Shown one piece after another: positions 24,839 to 37,600 of a stretch of DNA of 64,000 nucleotides. The position numbers and the translations under genes are program-made. The stretch lies in NCBI RefSeq assembly GCF_022045235.1, contig NW_027266330.1:40486001-40550000 (forward strand), in the 5' to 3' direction. The DNA is from Haliotis cracherodii. Taxonomy: Eukaryota. How positions within the stretch are numbered: position 1 is the first letter of the stretch; the number at the start of each line of letters is the position of its first letter. A model generated the notes under the pieces. That model searched no databases. It was not told the DNA's origin and saw nothing but the letters and a program-made list of their open reading frames with translations.

Positions 24839-27158
24839 GCGTGTGCGTGCGCGTGCGTGGTTCTTAATCTGTTATCATAGGATCCTTGGGGTCGTGAAAG
24901 GTCTTCAGTTTCCATTCCGTTTTTGGGGAATGTTATGGAAGTACGCAGTTATCAAATCTGTGGTCCATCCCCATACTAAGTGACCAGTCGGAAGGTCAAA
25001 CCAACCTGTCGACATATGCATTCGATATCCGTATCAATTCAACGTAGACGCATTTGCTTCATTATGTCAAGTTGTATACACGCTTGATTACTGATAACGC
25101 ATCGACCAATACCATGTCTGTGTCTTGGCCTCGTACACACCCAGCGTCGGTCAAAATAGATCAGATCTATACCAGCAGACTCGTGTCAAATGCTACAGAC
25201 AGATCGGGAATGGGGTTGTCTGCTGATTCTGGTGTTGATTCTGATGTTTACAGGGCGCTGGGATTTCATTAAAAAACATAAATTGTCCCAGAAAATCCTG
25301 TTATAAAGAAATATATTGCCTGCCAAAAAAATGACATTGTCACATTGTACAATGTTACAAGGTGCTTTTCTTAAAAATATATTTGGGATCATGGTTTTAG
25401 ATAAAAAAGTGTCTTGTTTTTCACCTTCCCCAGATAGTGCCTCACCCCACCCCTACTCCTCTTCAAATAAAGCATCGCCCACCCCTACTGCTCTTCAAAT
25501 ACAGCCTCGCCCACCCCTACTGCTCTTCAAATACAGCCTCGCCAACCCCTACTCCTTCTCAAATACAGTCTCGCCAACCCCTACTGCTCTTCAAATACAG
25601 CCTTGCCAACCCCTACTCCTTCTCAAATACAGCCTCGCCAACCCCTACTGCTCTTCAAACACAGCCCCGCCAACCCATACTCCTCCTCAAATACAGCCTC
25701 GCCCACCCCTACTGCTCTTCAAATACAGCCTCGCCAACCCCTACTCCTCCTCAAATACAGCCTCGCCCACCCCTACTGCTCTTCAAATACAGCCTCGCCG
25801 ACCCCTACTCCTCCTCAAATACAGCCTCGCCCACCCCTACTGCTCTTCAAATACAGCCTCGCCGATCCCCACCCCTACTGCTCTTCAAATACAGCCTCGC
25901 CCACACCTAATCCTCCTCAAATACAGCCTCGCCCTTGATCACAACCTCACAACGTTTCAGACCAAGCCTTATGAACTCACCTGTAAGCAGTCCGAATGTG
26001 AGGTACACCTGGTAAAGCTCATTGACCACAAGTCCTAGCGACAGCCCTGTCGCCGCCAGAAGCCCCCCGACTATAACGCTGACACGGCATCCCCATATAC
26101 TCGCTACAAACCGCAGCATCACACCTGCAACACACAGTAGCACAACAAAAGTGAGTAAGTTGATTAAATGCCGCTTTGAAAAAGTACTTTCAGTTATAAT
26201 ACGGCGTGTCAGCTTAAGACTGGAAAAGACCCGTGAGGGACCCGGTTAGAATAGATCGTCAACAACCCATGCTTCTGGTAAGAGAATTCGGGTGGTCAGG
26301 CCGGCTGACTTGACTGAGGATCGATGATACCAATCACTGTTACAGTGTTACAGTGTTACAAATCAGGGTGACTCTGGAATTCGAACCCACGATCAGGAAA
26401 TCCTGGCATGCTAAGTCTTATGGTATGGGCTGCCATGTTCCGTGCAACATGATAAGAGATCAGAATTACAGAATACAAAAGTTTGCATTTGGCCTTGAAT
26501 AATATTTCACATCTAAAATAAATCCTATACATCGATCTGAAGGAGGAAAGAGCATATGAGTTGATATTATAAGTTAACAACCGATCTCGAGTGGCATATG
26601 GTGTTATGTACATAGGCTCTCACACAAGGTACATCACACCATATGCCCTGAGGGATCGGTTGACAACGAGTTGATCTCACCGACATCATACAAACCCGGA
26701 ACATACATTAGAAGTTGCACTGAATAAAACGCTTTGATTCAGCCACATTGACAGCTAGCAGACGACGCAAATTAGCCGAGTTACTTCCCTTTACCCAGAT
26801 ACTGATGCGAGATAAGCAAGTTACCTAAGGTGTGTTACGATTGATTCCTTAGCGGGGTACATGGAAAAAATCATTGCCCGCTCTTTTACCAATCAGAGGC
26901 TAGTATTTTAATGTTAGGTAAAATAAAGGTTGACGTACTGGAGAGCGCCGTGACGTACAGCAGTACCGATCCCACCCATGACGTATCGAAGTGGTTCTTC
27001 TGGAAGATGTCCCTGAAGATGACGTGGAAGACGCCCAGACTGTACGTGATGCCGCACACTATGAACTGCGTAAAAAATGCGGCCAGAACGACGACCCACT
27101 TCCGGTAGCCATCCTCCTCGTTCATCCTGGACTTCCGCTTAATAGTGACGACGATCAT
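22402..27158 (-). CDS. SLC16: SLC16 / monocarboxylate transporter-like MFS protein; join(complement 26939..27158, 25981..26124, 23966..24700, 22901..22951, 22402..22586), 444 aa
   Basis: Exons of 220+144+735+51+185 = 1335 nt splice in frame through GT-AG, phase-1 introns. The product has MCT-like segments: [79 protein letters not shown] and YKYAFYLAG. Confidence 0.92.
22901..22951 (-). CDS. SLC16-like coding exon 4 (51-nt small exon)
   Basis: Acceptor gacag|GTTTG and donor GCAG|gtacag. Encodes (G)LLIQHEKEYKYAFYLA(G), the loop before TM12. Absent from the ORF track in this frame. Confidence 0.88.
23072..23410. repeat. 32-bp minisatellite in SLC16 intron 3
   Basis: Unit gccatgacggccaacaacatgtactgcttgtt, ~7 good copies plus degenerate ones. 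Confidence 0.93.
23966..24700 (-). CDS. SLC16-like coding exon 3
   Basis: Acceptor tttgttgcag|GTATT and donor GCAG|gtacgg. 735 nt lying within ORF 23889..24725, with multiple TM helices. Confidence 0.93.
24797..24859. repeat. (TG)n/(TGCG)n microsatellite in SLC16 intron 2
   Basis: Directly visible in the sequence. Confidence 0.95.
25440..25935. repeat. 32-bp minisatellite in SLC16 intron 2, ~15 copies
   Basis: Unit acagcctcgcc(c/a)acccctact(g/c)ctc(t/c)tcaaat. Confidence 0.93.
25981..26124 (-). CDS. SLC16-like coding exon 2
   Basis: Acceptor ttgcag|GTGTG and donor ACAG|gtgagt. Encodes [47 protein letters not shown]. Confidence 0.92.
26228..26340 (+). mobile_element. Degenerate 5' fragment of the GACCCGTG-type SINE-like family
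   Basis: gacccgtgag...tagaatag...caacccatgct...gggtggtcagg aligns by eye to the copy at 60359-60624. Confidence 0.7.
26939..27158 (-). CDS. SLC16-like coding exon 1 (TM1-2)
   Basis: ATG at 27158 is preceded 7 nt upstream by the acceptor ttgtttcag|, implying an upstream non-coding exon. Donor is A|gtacgt at 26939/26938. Confidence 0.88.
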
Positions 27159-27769
27159 TTAGTCTCTGAAACAATAAAACAATCGTCGAGTGTAAACCGA
27201 TGTGGTCCTTCACACGGTCCGTATAATGGATGTCAAATATTCGTTGGTCATCAGTCTTGTTGAGATGAGGGAACGCATACAAATTGTACAATCCGACAAA
27301 CTCATATTTTGTAATTTGATGAGATATAACATATTGATTGTTAGCAACGATGTTCACTTTAATACGTGACTGTACATATTCAAATCAGACCCGCTCAGCG
27401 TCTTAAATCATTTCTGATACACGATAATAGCCATGATTAAAAAAATCTCCAAAATCGATTCAGATAAGGTCAACCACTTTCCATATAGGTGTATGTATTC
27501 CAGAATATAACGCGTTAACCAAAGACTGTCTGTTAAGCCGATACTTCGCAAACAGGCCAATCATTTCCAACAAATATATTGCCATCAATAGATACAGTAT
27601 CGATCTTCTATCCGACTGTGCGACGAAAACACCACAAACGGCACACAGACAAAGACCCACGTGGAATCAGAACCTTTAAGTCTTGTTGAAGCGCGGCTAA
27701 TATGACGACAGTGCTGTCCTGGTTAACGTCCAAACAGAGGCAATAAAGGTATTTGACGATAAGATGTGC

Positions 27770-28438
27770 CTAGTCACACAGGACATCACTATACAGATGA
27801 CCCACCGCTAGTCACACGAGACATCACTGTACATATGACCCGCTAGTCACACGAGACATCACTATACAGATGACCCGCTAGTCAGAGGAGACATCACTAT
27901 ACAGATGACCCGCTAGTCACACAAGACATCACTATACAGATGACCCACCGCTAGTCACACGAGACATCACTGTACAGATGACCCGCTAGTCACACGAGAC
28001 ATCACTGTACAGATGACCCGCTAGTCAGAGGAGACATCACTATACAGATGACCCGCTAGTCACACGAGACATCACTATACAGATGACCCGCTAGTCACAC
28101 GAGACATCACTGTACAGATGACCCGCTAGTCACACACACACAAGACATCACTATACAGATGACCCGCTAGTCACACGAGACATTACTGTACAGATGACCC
28201 GCTAGTCACACGAGACATCACTGTAGAGATGACCCGCTAGTCACACGAGACATCACTATACAGATGACCCGCTAGTCACAAGAGACATCACTATACAGAT
28301 GACCCGCTAGTCACTAAAGACATCACTGTACAGCTGACCCGCTAGTCACACGAGACATCACTAGTACAGATGACCCGCTAGTCACACGAGACATCACTGT
28401 ACAGATGACCCGCTAGTCACACGAGACATCACTTTACA
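27770..28438. repeat. 35-bp minisatellite, ~19 copies
   Basis: Unit ctagtcacacgagacatcact(a/g)tacagatgacccg. Confidence 0.95.
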
Positions 28439-29260
28439 GTGGTCAATCAAAGATAGTAAGGTTAGCAAGGCCCGACAGTAGTCAATCAAAGATAGTAAGG
28501 TTAGCAAGGCCCGACAGTGGTCAATCAAAGATAGTAAGGTTAGCAAGGCCCGACAGTGGTCAATTAAAGATAGTAAGGTTAGCAAGGCCTGCCAGTGGTC
28601 AAACAAAGATAGTAAGATCAGCAAGGCCCGGCAGCGGTCAAACAAAGATAGTAAGGTTAGCAAGGCCCGACAGTGGTCAATCAAAGATAGTAAGGTTAGC
28701 AAGTCCCTATAGTAGTCAATTAAAGATAGTAAGGTTAGCAAGGCCCTATAGTAGTCAATCAAAGATAGTAAGGTTAGCAAGGCCCGACAGTGGTCAGTCA
28801 AAGATAGTAAGGTTAGCAAGGCCTGCCAGTGGTCAAACAAAGATAGTAAGATCAGCAAGGCCCGGCAGCGGTCAAACAAAGATAGTAAGGTTAGCAAGGC
28901 CCGACAGTGGTCAATGAAAGATAGTAAGGTTAGCAAGGCCCGACAGTGGACAATGAAAGATAGTTAGGTTAGCAAGGCCCGACAGTGGTCAATCAAAGAT
29001 AGTAAGGTTAGCAAGGCCCGACAGTGGTCAATCAAAGATAGTAAGGTTAGCAAGGCCCGACAGTGGTCAATCAAAGATAGTAAGGTTAGCAAGGCCCGAC
29101 AGTGGTCAATCAAAGATAGTAAGGTTAGCAAGGCCCGACAGTAGTCAATCAAAGATAGTAAGGTTAGCAAGGCCCGACAGTGGTCAATTAAAGATAGTAA
29201 GGTTAGCAAGGCCCGTCAGTGGTCAATCAAAAATAGTAAGGTTAGCAAGGCCCGACAGTG
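28437..29260. repeat. 39-bp minisatellite, ~21 copies
   Basis: Unit cagtggtcaatcaaagatagtaaggttagcaaggcccga. Confidence 0.95.
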
Positions 29261-29629
29261 ACACGCATTAGTTTTCCTCACCCGAGTCCTCATCCCTGCA
29301 ACCCCGGAATCACAAGCAGGGTTTAGAATAATATAGGAGACCAAATGTGTGACTACAAACGTAAGAACGCACTAGGTTCAGTGGAGGATTGATGCAACAA
29401 TGTTATCACCAGATACAGGTCAACTGATGGACCTCGCTCACACAGGAATAGATAACAGCACGCTAGTGCCATAGGGCATCAGTTGGTTGATCTTTATTAC
29501 GGGAATTTCCGAACATGTTTTAGTCAAGCTATTTTGTTACATAAGGGATTAGATTATTCTCTAAGTAGTCATTAGCACACCTCTCATTGAGACCGTTACC
29601 ATGTCAATCATTAATCTAAGACACCAACC

Positions 29630-32600
29630 CCAATGACACCACTATTCCCCACATTAATTACTTACTTAGAACACTCGTCCTCAATGACACTGCTATTCCC
29701 CACATTAATTACTTACTTAGAACACTCGTCCTCAAAGACACTGCTATTCCCCACATTAATTACTTGCTTAGGACACTCGTCCTCAATGTCACTACTATTC
29801 CCACATTAATTACTTGCTTAGGACACTCGTCCTCAATGACACTGCTATTCCCCACATTAATTATTTACTAAGAACACTCATCCTGAATGACACTGCTATT
29901 CCCACATTAATTACTTACTTAGAACACTAGTCCTCAATGACACTGCTATTCCCCACATTAATTTCTTACTTAGAACACTCATCCTGAATGACACTGCTAT
30001 TCCCACATTAATTATTACTTAGAACACTAGTCCTCAAAGACACTGCTATTTCCACATTAATTATTACTTAGAACATTCCTCAATGACACTGCTTTTCCCC
30101 ACATTAATTTCTTACTTAGAACACTCATCCTGAATGTCACTGCTATTCCCCACATTAATTACTTGCTTAGGACACTCGTCCTCAATGACACTGCTATTCC
30201 CCACATTAATTATTTACTAAGAACACTCATCCTGAATGACACTGCTATTCCCACATTAATTACTTGCTTAGGACACTAGTCCTCAATGACACTGCTATTC
30301 CCCACATTAATTTCTTACTTAGAACACTCATCCTGAATGACACTGCTATTCCCACATTAATTATTACTTAGAACACTAGTCCTCAAAGACACTGCTATTC
30401 CCACATTAATTATTACTTAGAACATTCCTCAATGACACTGCTTTTCCCCACATTAATTTCTTACTTAGAACACTCATCCTGACTGTCACTGCTATTCCCC
30501 ACATTAATTACTTACTTAGAACACTCGTCCTCAAAGACACTGCTATTCCCCACATTACTTACTTACTTAGAACACTCGTCCTCAAAGACACTGCTATTCC
30601 CCACATTAATTACTTGCTTAGGACACTCGTCCTCAATGTCACTGCTATTCTCCACATTAATTACTTACTTAGAACACTCGTCCTCAAAGACACTGCTATT
30701 CCCCACATTAATTACTTACTTACAACACTCGTCCTCAATGACACTGCTATTCCCCACATTACTTTCTTACTTAGAACACTCGTCCTCAAAGACACTGCTA
30801 TTACTCACATTAATTACTTACTTAGAACACTCGTCCTCAAAGACACTGCTATTCCCCATATTAATTACTTACTTAGAACACTCGTCCTCAAAGACACTGC
30901 TATTCCCCACATTAATTACTTACTTAGAACACTCGTCCTCAAAGACACTGCTATTCCCCATATTAATTACTTACTTAGAACACTCGTCCTCAAAGACACT
31001 GCTATTCCCCACATTAATTACTTACTTAGAACACTCGTCCTCAAAGACACTGCTATTCCCCATATTAATTACTTACTTAGAACACTCGTCCTCAAAGACA
31101 CTGCTATTCCCCACATTAATTACTTACTTAGAACACTCCTCAAGGGCACTGCTATTCCCCACATTAATTACTTACTTAGAACACTCCTCAAAGACACTGC
31201 CATTCCCCATATTAATTACTTACTTAGAACACTCGTCCTCAAAGACACTGCTATTCCCCATATTAATTACTTACTTAGAACACTCGTCCTCAAAGACACT
31301 GCTATTCCCCATATTAATTACTTACTTAGAACACTCGTCCTCAAAGACACTGCTATTCCCCACATTAATTACTTACTTAAAACACTCGTCCTCAATGACA
31401 CTGCTTTTCTCCACATTAATTACTTACTTAGAACACTCGTCCTCAAAGACACTGCTATTCCCCACATTAATTACTTACTTAGAACACTCGTCCTCAAAGA
31501 CACTGCTATTCCCCACATTAATTACTTACTTAGAACACTCGTCCTCAAAGACACTGCTATTCCCCTTATTAATTACTTACTTAGAACACTCGTCCTCAAA
31601 GACACTGCTATTCCCCATATTAATTACTTACTTAGAACACTCCTCAAAGACACTGCTATTCCCACATTAATTACTTACTTAGAACACTCCTCAAAGACAC
31701 TGCTATTACTCACATTAATTACTTACTTAGAACACTCGTCCTCAAAGACACTGCTATTCCCCATATTAATTACTTACTTAGAACACTCGTCCTCAATGAC
31801 ACTGCTATTCCCCACATTAATTAATTACTTAGAACACTCGTCCTCAAAGACACTGCTATTCCCCACATTAATTAATTACTTAGAACACTCCTCAAAGACA
31901 CTGCTATTACCCACATTAATTACTTACTTAGAACACTCGTCCTCAAAGACACTGCTATTCCCCATATTAATTACTTACTTAGAACACTCGTCCTCAAAGA
32001 CACTGCTATTCCCCACATTAATTACTTACTTAGAACACTCGTCCTCAATGACACTGCTATTCCCCATATTAATTACTTACTTAGAACACTCGTCCTCAAA
32101 GACACTGCTATTCCCCACATTAATTACTTACTTAGAACACTCGTCCTCAAAGACACTGCTATTCCCCTTATTAATTACTTACTTAGAACACTCCTCAAAG
32201 ACACTGCTATTCCCCACATTAATTACTTACTTAGAACACTCCTCAAAGACACTGCTATTCCCCACATTAATTAATTACTTAGAACACTCCTCAAAGACAC
32301 TGCTATTACCCACATTAATTACTTACTTAGAACACTCGTCCTCAAAGACACTGCTATTCCCCATATTAATTACTTACTTAGAACACTCGTCCTCAAAGAC
32401 ACTGCTATTCCCCATATTAATTACTTACTTAGAACACTCGTCCTCAAAGACACTGTTATTCCCCATATTAATTACTTACTTAGAACACTCCTCAAAGACA
32501 CTGCTATTCCCCACATTAATTACTTACTTAGAACACTCCTCAAAGACACTGCTATTCCCCACATTAATTAATTACTTAGAACACTCGTTCTCAAAGACAC

Positions 32601-33472
32601 TGCTATTACTCACATTAATTACTTACTTAGAACACTCGTCCTCAAAGACACTGCTATTCCCCATATTAATTACTTACTTAGAACACTCGTCCTCAAAGGC
32701 ACTGCTATTCCCCATATTAATTACTTACTTAGAACACTCGTCCTCAAAGACACTGCTATTCCCCACATTAATTACTTACTTAGAACACTCGTCCTCAATG
32801 ACACTGCTATTCCCTACATTAATTACTTACTTAGAACACTCGTCCTCAAAGACACTGCTATTCCCCACATTAATTACTTACTTAGAACACTCGTCCTCAA
32901 AGACACTGCTATTCCCCTTATTAATTACTTACTTAGAACACTCGTCCTCAAAGACACTGCTATTCCCCTTATTAATTACTTACTTAGAACACTAGTCCTC
33001 AAAGACACTGCTATTCCCCACATTAATTACTTACTTAGAACACTCCTCAAAGACACTGCTATTCCCACATTAATTAATTACTTAGAACACTCCTCAAAGA
33101 CACTGCTATTCCCCATATTAATTACTTACTTAGAACACTCCTCAAAGACACTGCTATTCCCCACATTAATTACTTACTTAGAACACTCGTCCTCAAAGAC
33201 ACTGCTATTCCCCATATTAATTACTTACTTAGAACACTCGTCCTCAAAGACACTGCTATTCCCCATATTAATTTCTTACTTAGAACACTCGTCCTCAAAG
33301 ACACTGCTATTACCCATATTACTTACTTACTTAGAACACTCGTCCTCAAAGACACTGCTATTCCCCATATTAATTACTTTCTTAGAACACTCGTCCTCAA
33401 AGACACTGCTATTCCCCACATTAATTACTTACTTAGAACACTCGTTCTCAAAGACACTGCTATTCTACCACA
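29630..33472. repeat. 51-bp minisatellite with 48-50 bp variants, ~75 copies; degenerate tail to ~33720
   Basis: Unit gacactgctattccccacattaattacttacttagaacactcgtcctcaaa. Confidence 0.96.
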
Positions 33473-33929
33473 TAAGACACCAATCTATCTTGTCACTCGT
33501 TATCAAAAGACACCCATCATCAATGGCACCGCTATGCTTCATCACCTATTTACGTAAGACACCAAATCTAGTGACACTGCCAATTTACCATGCCACTCCT
33601 TATAATAAGACACCAACCACTATGACACTGCCAACCACAACGACACTGCCAACCACAACGACACTGCCAATCTACCAAGCAAGTCGTTATCCTAAGACAC
33701 CTAAGATTCTCAATGACGCCTAGACTAACTTCCTCTGCTACATACGGGAATGTGCTGCCCAGCAGGCAGGGTGGGAGCTGTGGTGGGATATGTTGTGTCA
33801 GACACTTATTTGTGACAATAAAACCGCTTATGGAAGTCGGTCGATAGCGGCAACGACATAACGTTATCGTTGCCTTGGTAACTTGCCCTAGTCGGATGTG
33901 CATATGAGACTCGGCACAACATTTACCAA

Positions 33930-35412
33930 CCCATTGTGTGTGTCCTACTACTGCTCAACCCCTTGTGTGTGTCCTACTGCTGCTCAACTCCTTGTGTGTG
34001 TCCTACTACTGCTGCTCAACTCCTTGTGTGTGTCCTACTACTTCTGCTCAACTCCTTGTGTGTGTCCTACTACTTCTGCTCAACTCCTTGTGTGTGTCCT
34101 ACTACTGCTGCTCAACCCCTTGTGTGTGTCCTACTGCTGCTCAACTCCTTGTGTACGTCCTACTACTGCTGCTCAACTCCTTGTGTGTGTCCTACTACTG
34201 CTGCTCAACTCCTTGTGTGTGTCCTACTACTGCTGCTCAACTCCTTGTGTGTGTCCTACTGCTGCTGCTCAACTCCTTGTGTGTGTCCTACTACTTCTGC
34301 TGCTCAACTCCTTGTGTGTGTCCTACTACTACTGCTCAACTCCTTGTGTGTGTCCTACTACTGCTGCTCAACTCCTTGTGTGTGTCCTACTACTGCTGCT
34401 CAACTCCTTGTGTGTGTCCTACTACTTCTGCTCAACTCCTTGTGTGTGTCCTACTACTGCTGCTCAACTCCTTGTGTGTGTCCTACTACTGCTGCTCAAC
34501 TCCTTGTGTGTGTCGTACTACTGCTCAACTCCTTGTGTGTGTCGTACTACTGCTCAACTCCTTGTGTGTGTCCTACTACTTCTGCTCAACCCCTTGTGTG
34601 TGTCCTACTACTGCTGCTCAACTCCTTGTGTGTGTCCTACTACTGCTGCTCAACTCCTTGTGTGTGTCCTACTACTGCTGCTCAACTCCTTGTGTGTGTC
34701 CTACTACTGCTGCTCAAGTCCTTGTGTGTGTCCTACTACTTCTGCTCAAGCCCTTATGTGTGTCCTACTTCTGCTGCTCAACCCCTTATGTGTGTCCTAC
34801 TTCTGCTGCTCAACTCCTTGTGTGTGTCCTACTACTGCTCAACTCCTTGTGTGTGTCCTACTGCTGCTCAACTTGTGTGTGTCCTACTACTGCTGCTCAA
34901 GTCCTTGTGTGTGTCCTACTACTTCTGCTCAACCCCTTATGTGTGTCCTACTTCTGCTGCTCAAGTCCTTGTGTGTGTCCTACTACTGCTGCTCAACTCC
35001 TTGTGTGTGTCCTACTACTTCTGCTCAACCCCTTATGTGTGCCCTACTTCTGCTCCTCAAGTCCTTGTGTGTGTCCTACTGCTGGTCAACTCCTTGTGTG
35101 TGTCCTACTACTTCTGCTCAACCCCTTATGTGTGTCCTACTTCTGCTCCTCAAGTCCTTGTGTGTGTCCTACTACTGCTGCTCAACTCCTTGTGTGTGTC
35201 CTACTACTGCTGCTCAACTTGTGTGTGTCCTACTACTGCTGCTCAAGTCCTTGTGTGTGTCCTACTACTGCTGCTCAACTCCTTGTGTGTGTCCTACTAC
35301 TGCTGCTCAACTCCTTGTGTGTGTCCTACTACTGCTGCTCAACTCCTTGTGTGTGTCCTACTACTGCTGCTCAACTCCTTGTGTGTGTCCTACTACTGCT
35401 CAACTCCTTGTG
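33930..35412. repeat. ~32-bp minisatellite with variable internal CTA/CTG triplets
   Basis: Unit ctcaactccttgtgtgtgtcctactactgctg. Confidence 0.95.
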
Positions 35413-36525
35413 AGGAAACCCTTCGAGCATACTGACCTGATGCTCCTTCACTGTCCGGGAGCTTTCGAAAATCAAAATTCAACCTCATCGTCTCAGATTA
35501 GTCATTGATATTATTACTGACTGACGGTCATCGACTTGTGCAATGCGGTCTGATTAGTGACACGGGTTTTTAAGCACGGGAGATAGCACAGCTGCCCTAC
35601 TACCGACAGCTATATCACGCCAGGGACACGATATGATAGTGCAAATCTAAGTGTTACACGAGTGTTGAAACATAAGTACTATCTATGTGGGCCTGGCACA
35701 GATAGCGAACGACGGGAGTCATTCTGTGTGGACAGGCTGTTTCAGTTTCAGCAACTCGTCTTGCACACAATGCCATAATATCTTCGGCATATGTTGCGCT
35801 TCTACCTTTTCACCATGTTAGAAGAACTGCGTGCCAGGTGGGAGGTTTTCATCGGATCTCATTTGGTATTCCAGAAAGTGGATCCTGCCAGTGTAAGGGA
35901 CGTAATTCTCCACGGCAAGATGCTAAGATCAGTTTAAGACATATATATGGTTTATAGGTTTATAATAGATAGCTAATCACAAAGGAAAATGAAGAACGAA
36001 GCTTGGTTTATTTCACGATAAGACATTGTTCTATCATGATGTCATTTCTGGAGATTCGCTCGCTACTTGATGACGTCGTACATTGGACGACGTTATTTTT
36101 GAGAGGTGTCTGGTGAGTTGTTTCCCAGAGATTTAGCTGGACATCTGAGATGAACGCAATGGCTGAATGATCGCACCCAAAAGTGGGAGTGATATGACAT
36201 TCAGTATTGGGAGAAAAGGTGCAGATAATCGTCTTGAAAATTGTGAGAATGCCAAACTTAATCCCCCTGTACATAAAATGGAGTTGTCCGACATTGCCGA
36301 GGTCGAATTGTATTCAGGGAGTCACCATTATTTAAATACGCGTAAATATTCTTAAAGCTTGTACAATTTATTGACATCCTTAAACGGTATGTACAAAATG
36401 TTGATATCTCATATAAAAAATAAACGACTCGTGGTCGTTCTTTTATCGTACTATAAGACACTGTAGGGAGAATAAACCACTCGGGGTTGCGCCCCTTATG
36501 GTATATTCTCCCTGCGGTGTTTTAT

Positions 36526-37600
36526 TTATTTATATATTTATTTATTTATTTAATCTATTTATATATTTTTTTTGTCTTTATTTCTTTTGGGGGGTACAGG
36601 CACACTTTTTGGGTATTGACACATTTCAAAGAGAAAAGTGATGGATAATATAATTACGTCACATACATATTATTAGTGTTGTGTAAACATTGGACATTGG
36701 ATAAATTTTACCTATGTAAACATATTGTGAGATGAGCACCAAAAGGTCATCCATTTTCCATATTTGCTTTCTGAATAGGCAGTAGCTTTGCTGACATGAT
36801 AAGAATGTGTTACCATAGACTTGAGACCATTCAAATGTGGTAGGCGATTCCTACATTTGTTTTTGTAGATTTATAATTTAGTTAGAATGAAAATCAAGTT
36901 TAGTACGTCATTTGGTTTCTTCCTAAATCAAAATATGACATTTTGCTTATTTATTTCGAATTTGTGCCAGTACAGTTTTCTATCCCTTTCATCAAGCTGT
37001 GCCACAACGGCACATGTGTACATTCAAATAACAGATGGATAATAGATTCAACTTCAACATCACCAAAAGTACACAATGGTGATGGCTTTATTTTACAGAT
37101 GTATTAATATGTATTAGTTATGAGAATTCTAGGGACCACTCGGTATTGAATATTTCAGAATTAATTTCATTTTCCCTTTTTTTGTTTCACTGCGAATGTT
37201 TCAGATAATTCACTATATTTGAATACAATATCTTGCATCCTTCATCTTCTTTATCTAGTATCTCTAAATTTTAAGGAATATAGGGCAATTCTACTTGTTT
37301 TTCAAAAGATATCGATTTGGTATGTCCATACGCTCTTATGGCTGAAATCAAACCTGCGTATTCTAGAAATTTGTTTTTAGTTGATACAGATCAGTGAATT
37401 CTTCGTAGCTCAAAAACGTACCATGCATCGTACTTCAGACAATCGTAAGAAATTTAACAGTTGCTTTTAAATGTGCACATATATAATTGGCTTATTTTCT
37501 ATTTTTTGATATTATCATTTATCCATATATATTGTGTGCCGAGATCTCTACATACGATTCAAATTCATCTTTGCAGTGTTTTATTGTACGATAAACAACT
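36526..37600 (-). mobile_element. L1/Tx1-like LINE 3' fragment, decayed
   Basis: Minus strand gives QYRVVPRILITNT, SPLCTFGDVEVESIIHLLFEC (zf-RVT-like) and VLNLIFILTK.*IYKNKC. A-rich tail on the minus strand at ~36526-36590. Confidence 0.75.

Noticed and set aside
30614-35508. 793-aa and ~500-aa repetitive ORFs
   Set aside because: These are translations of the 51-bp and 32-bp minisatellites; the reading frame drifts with unit indels.
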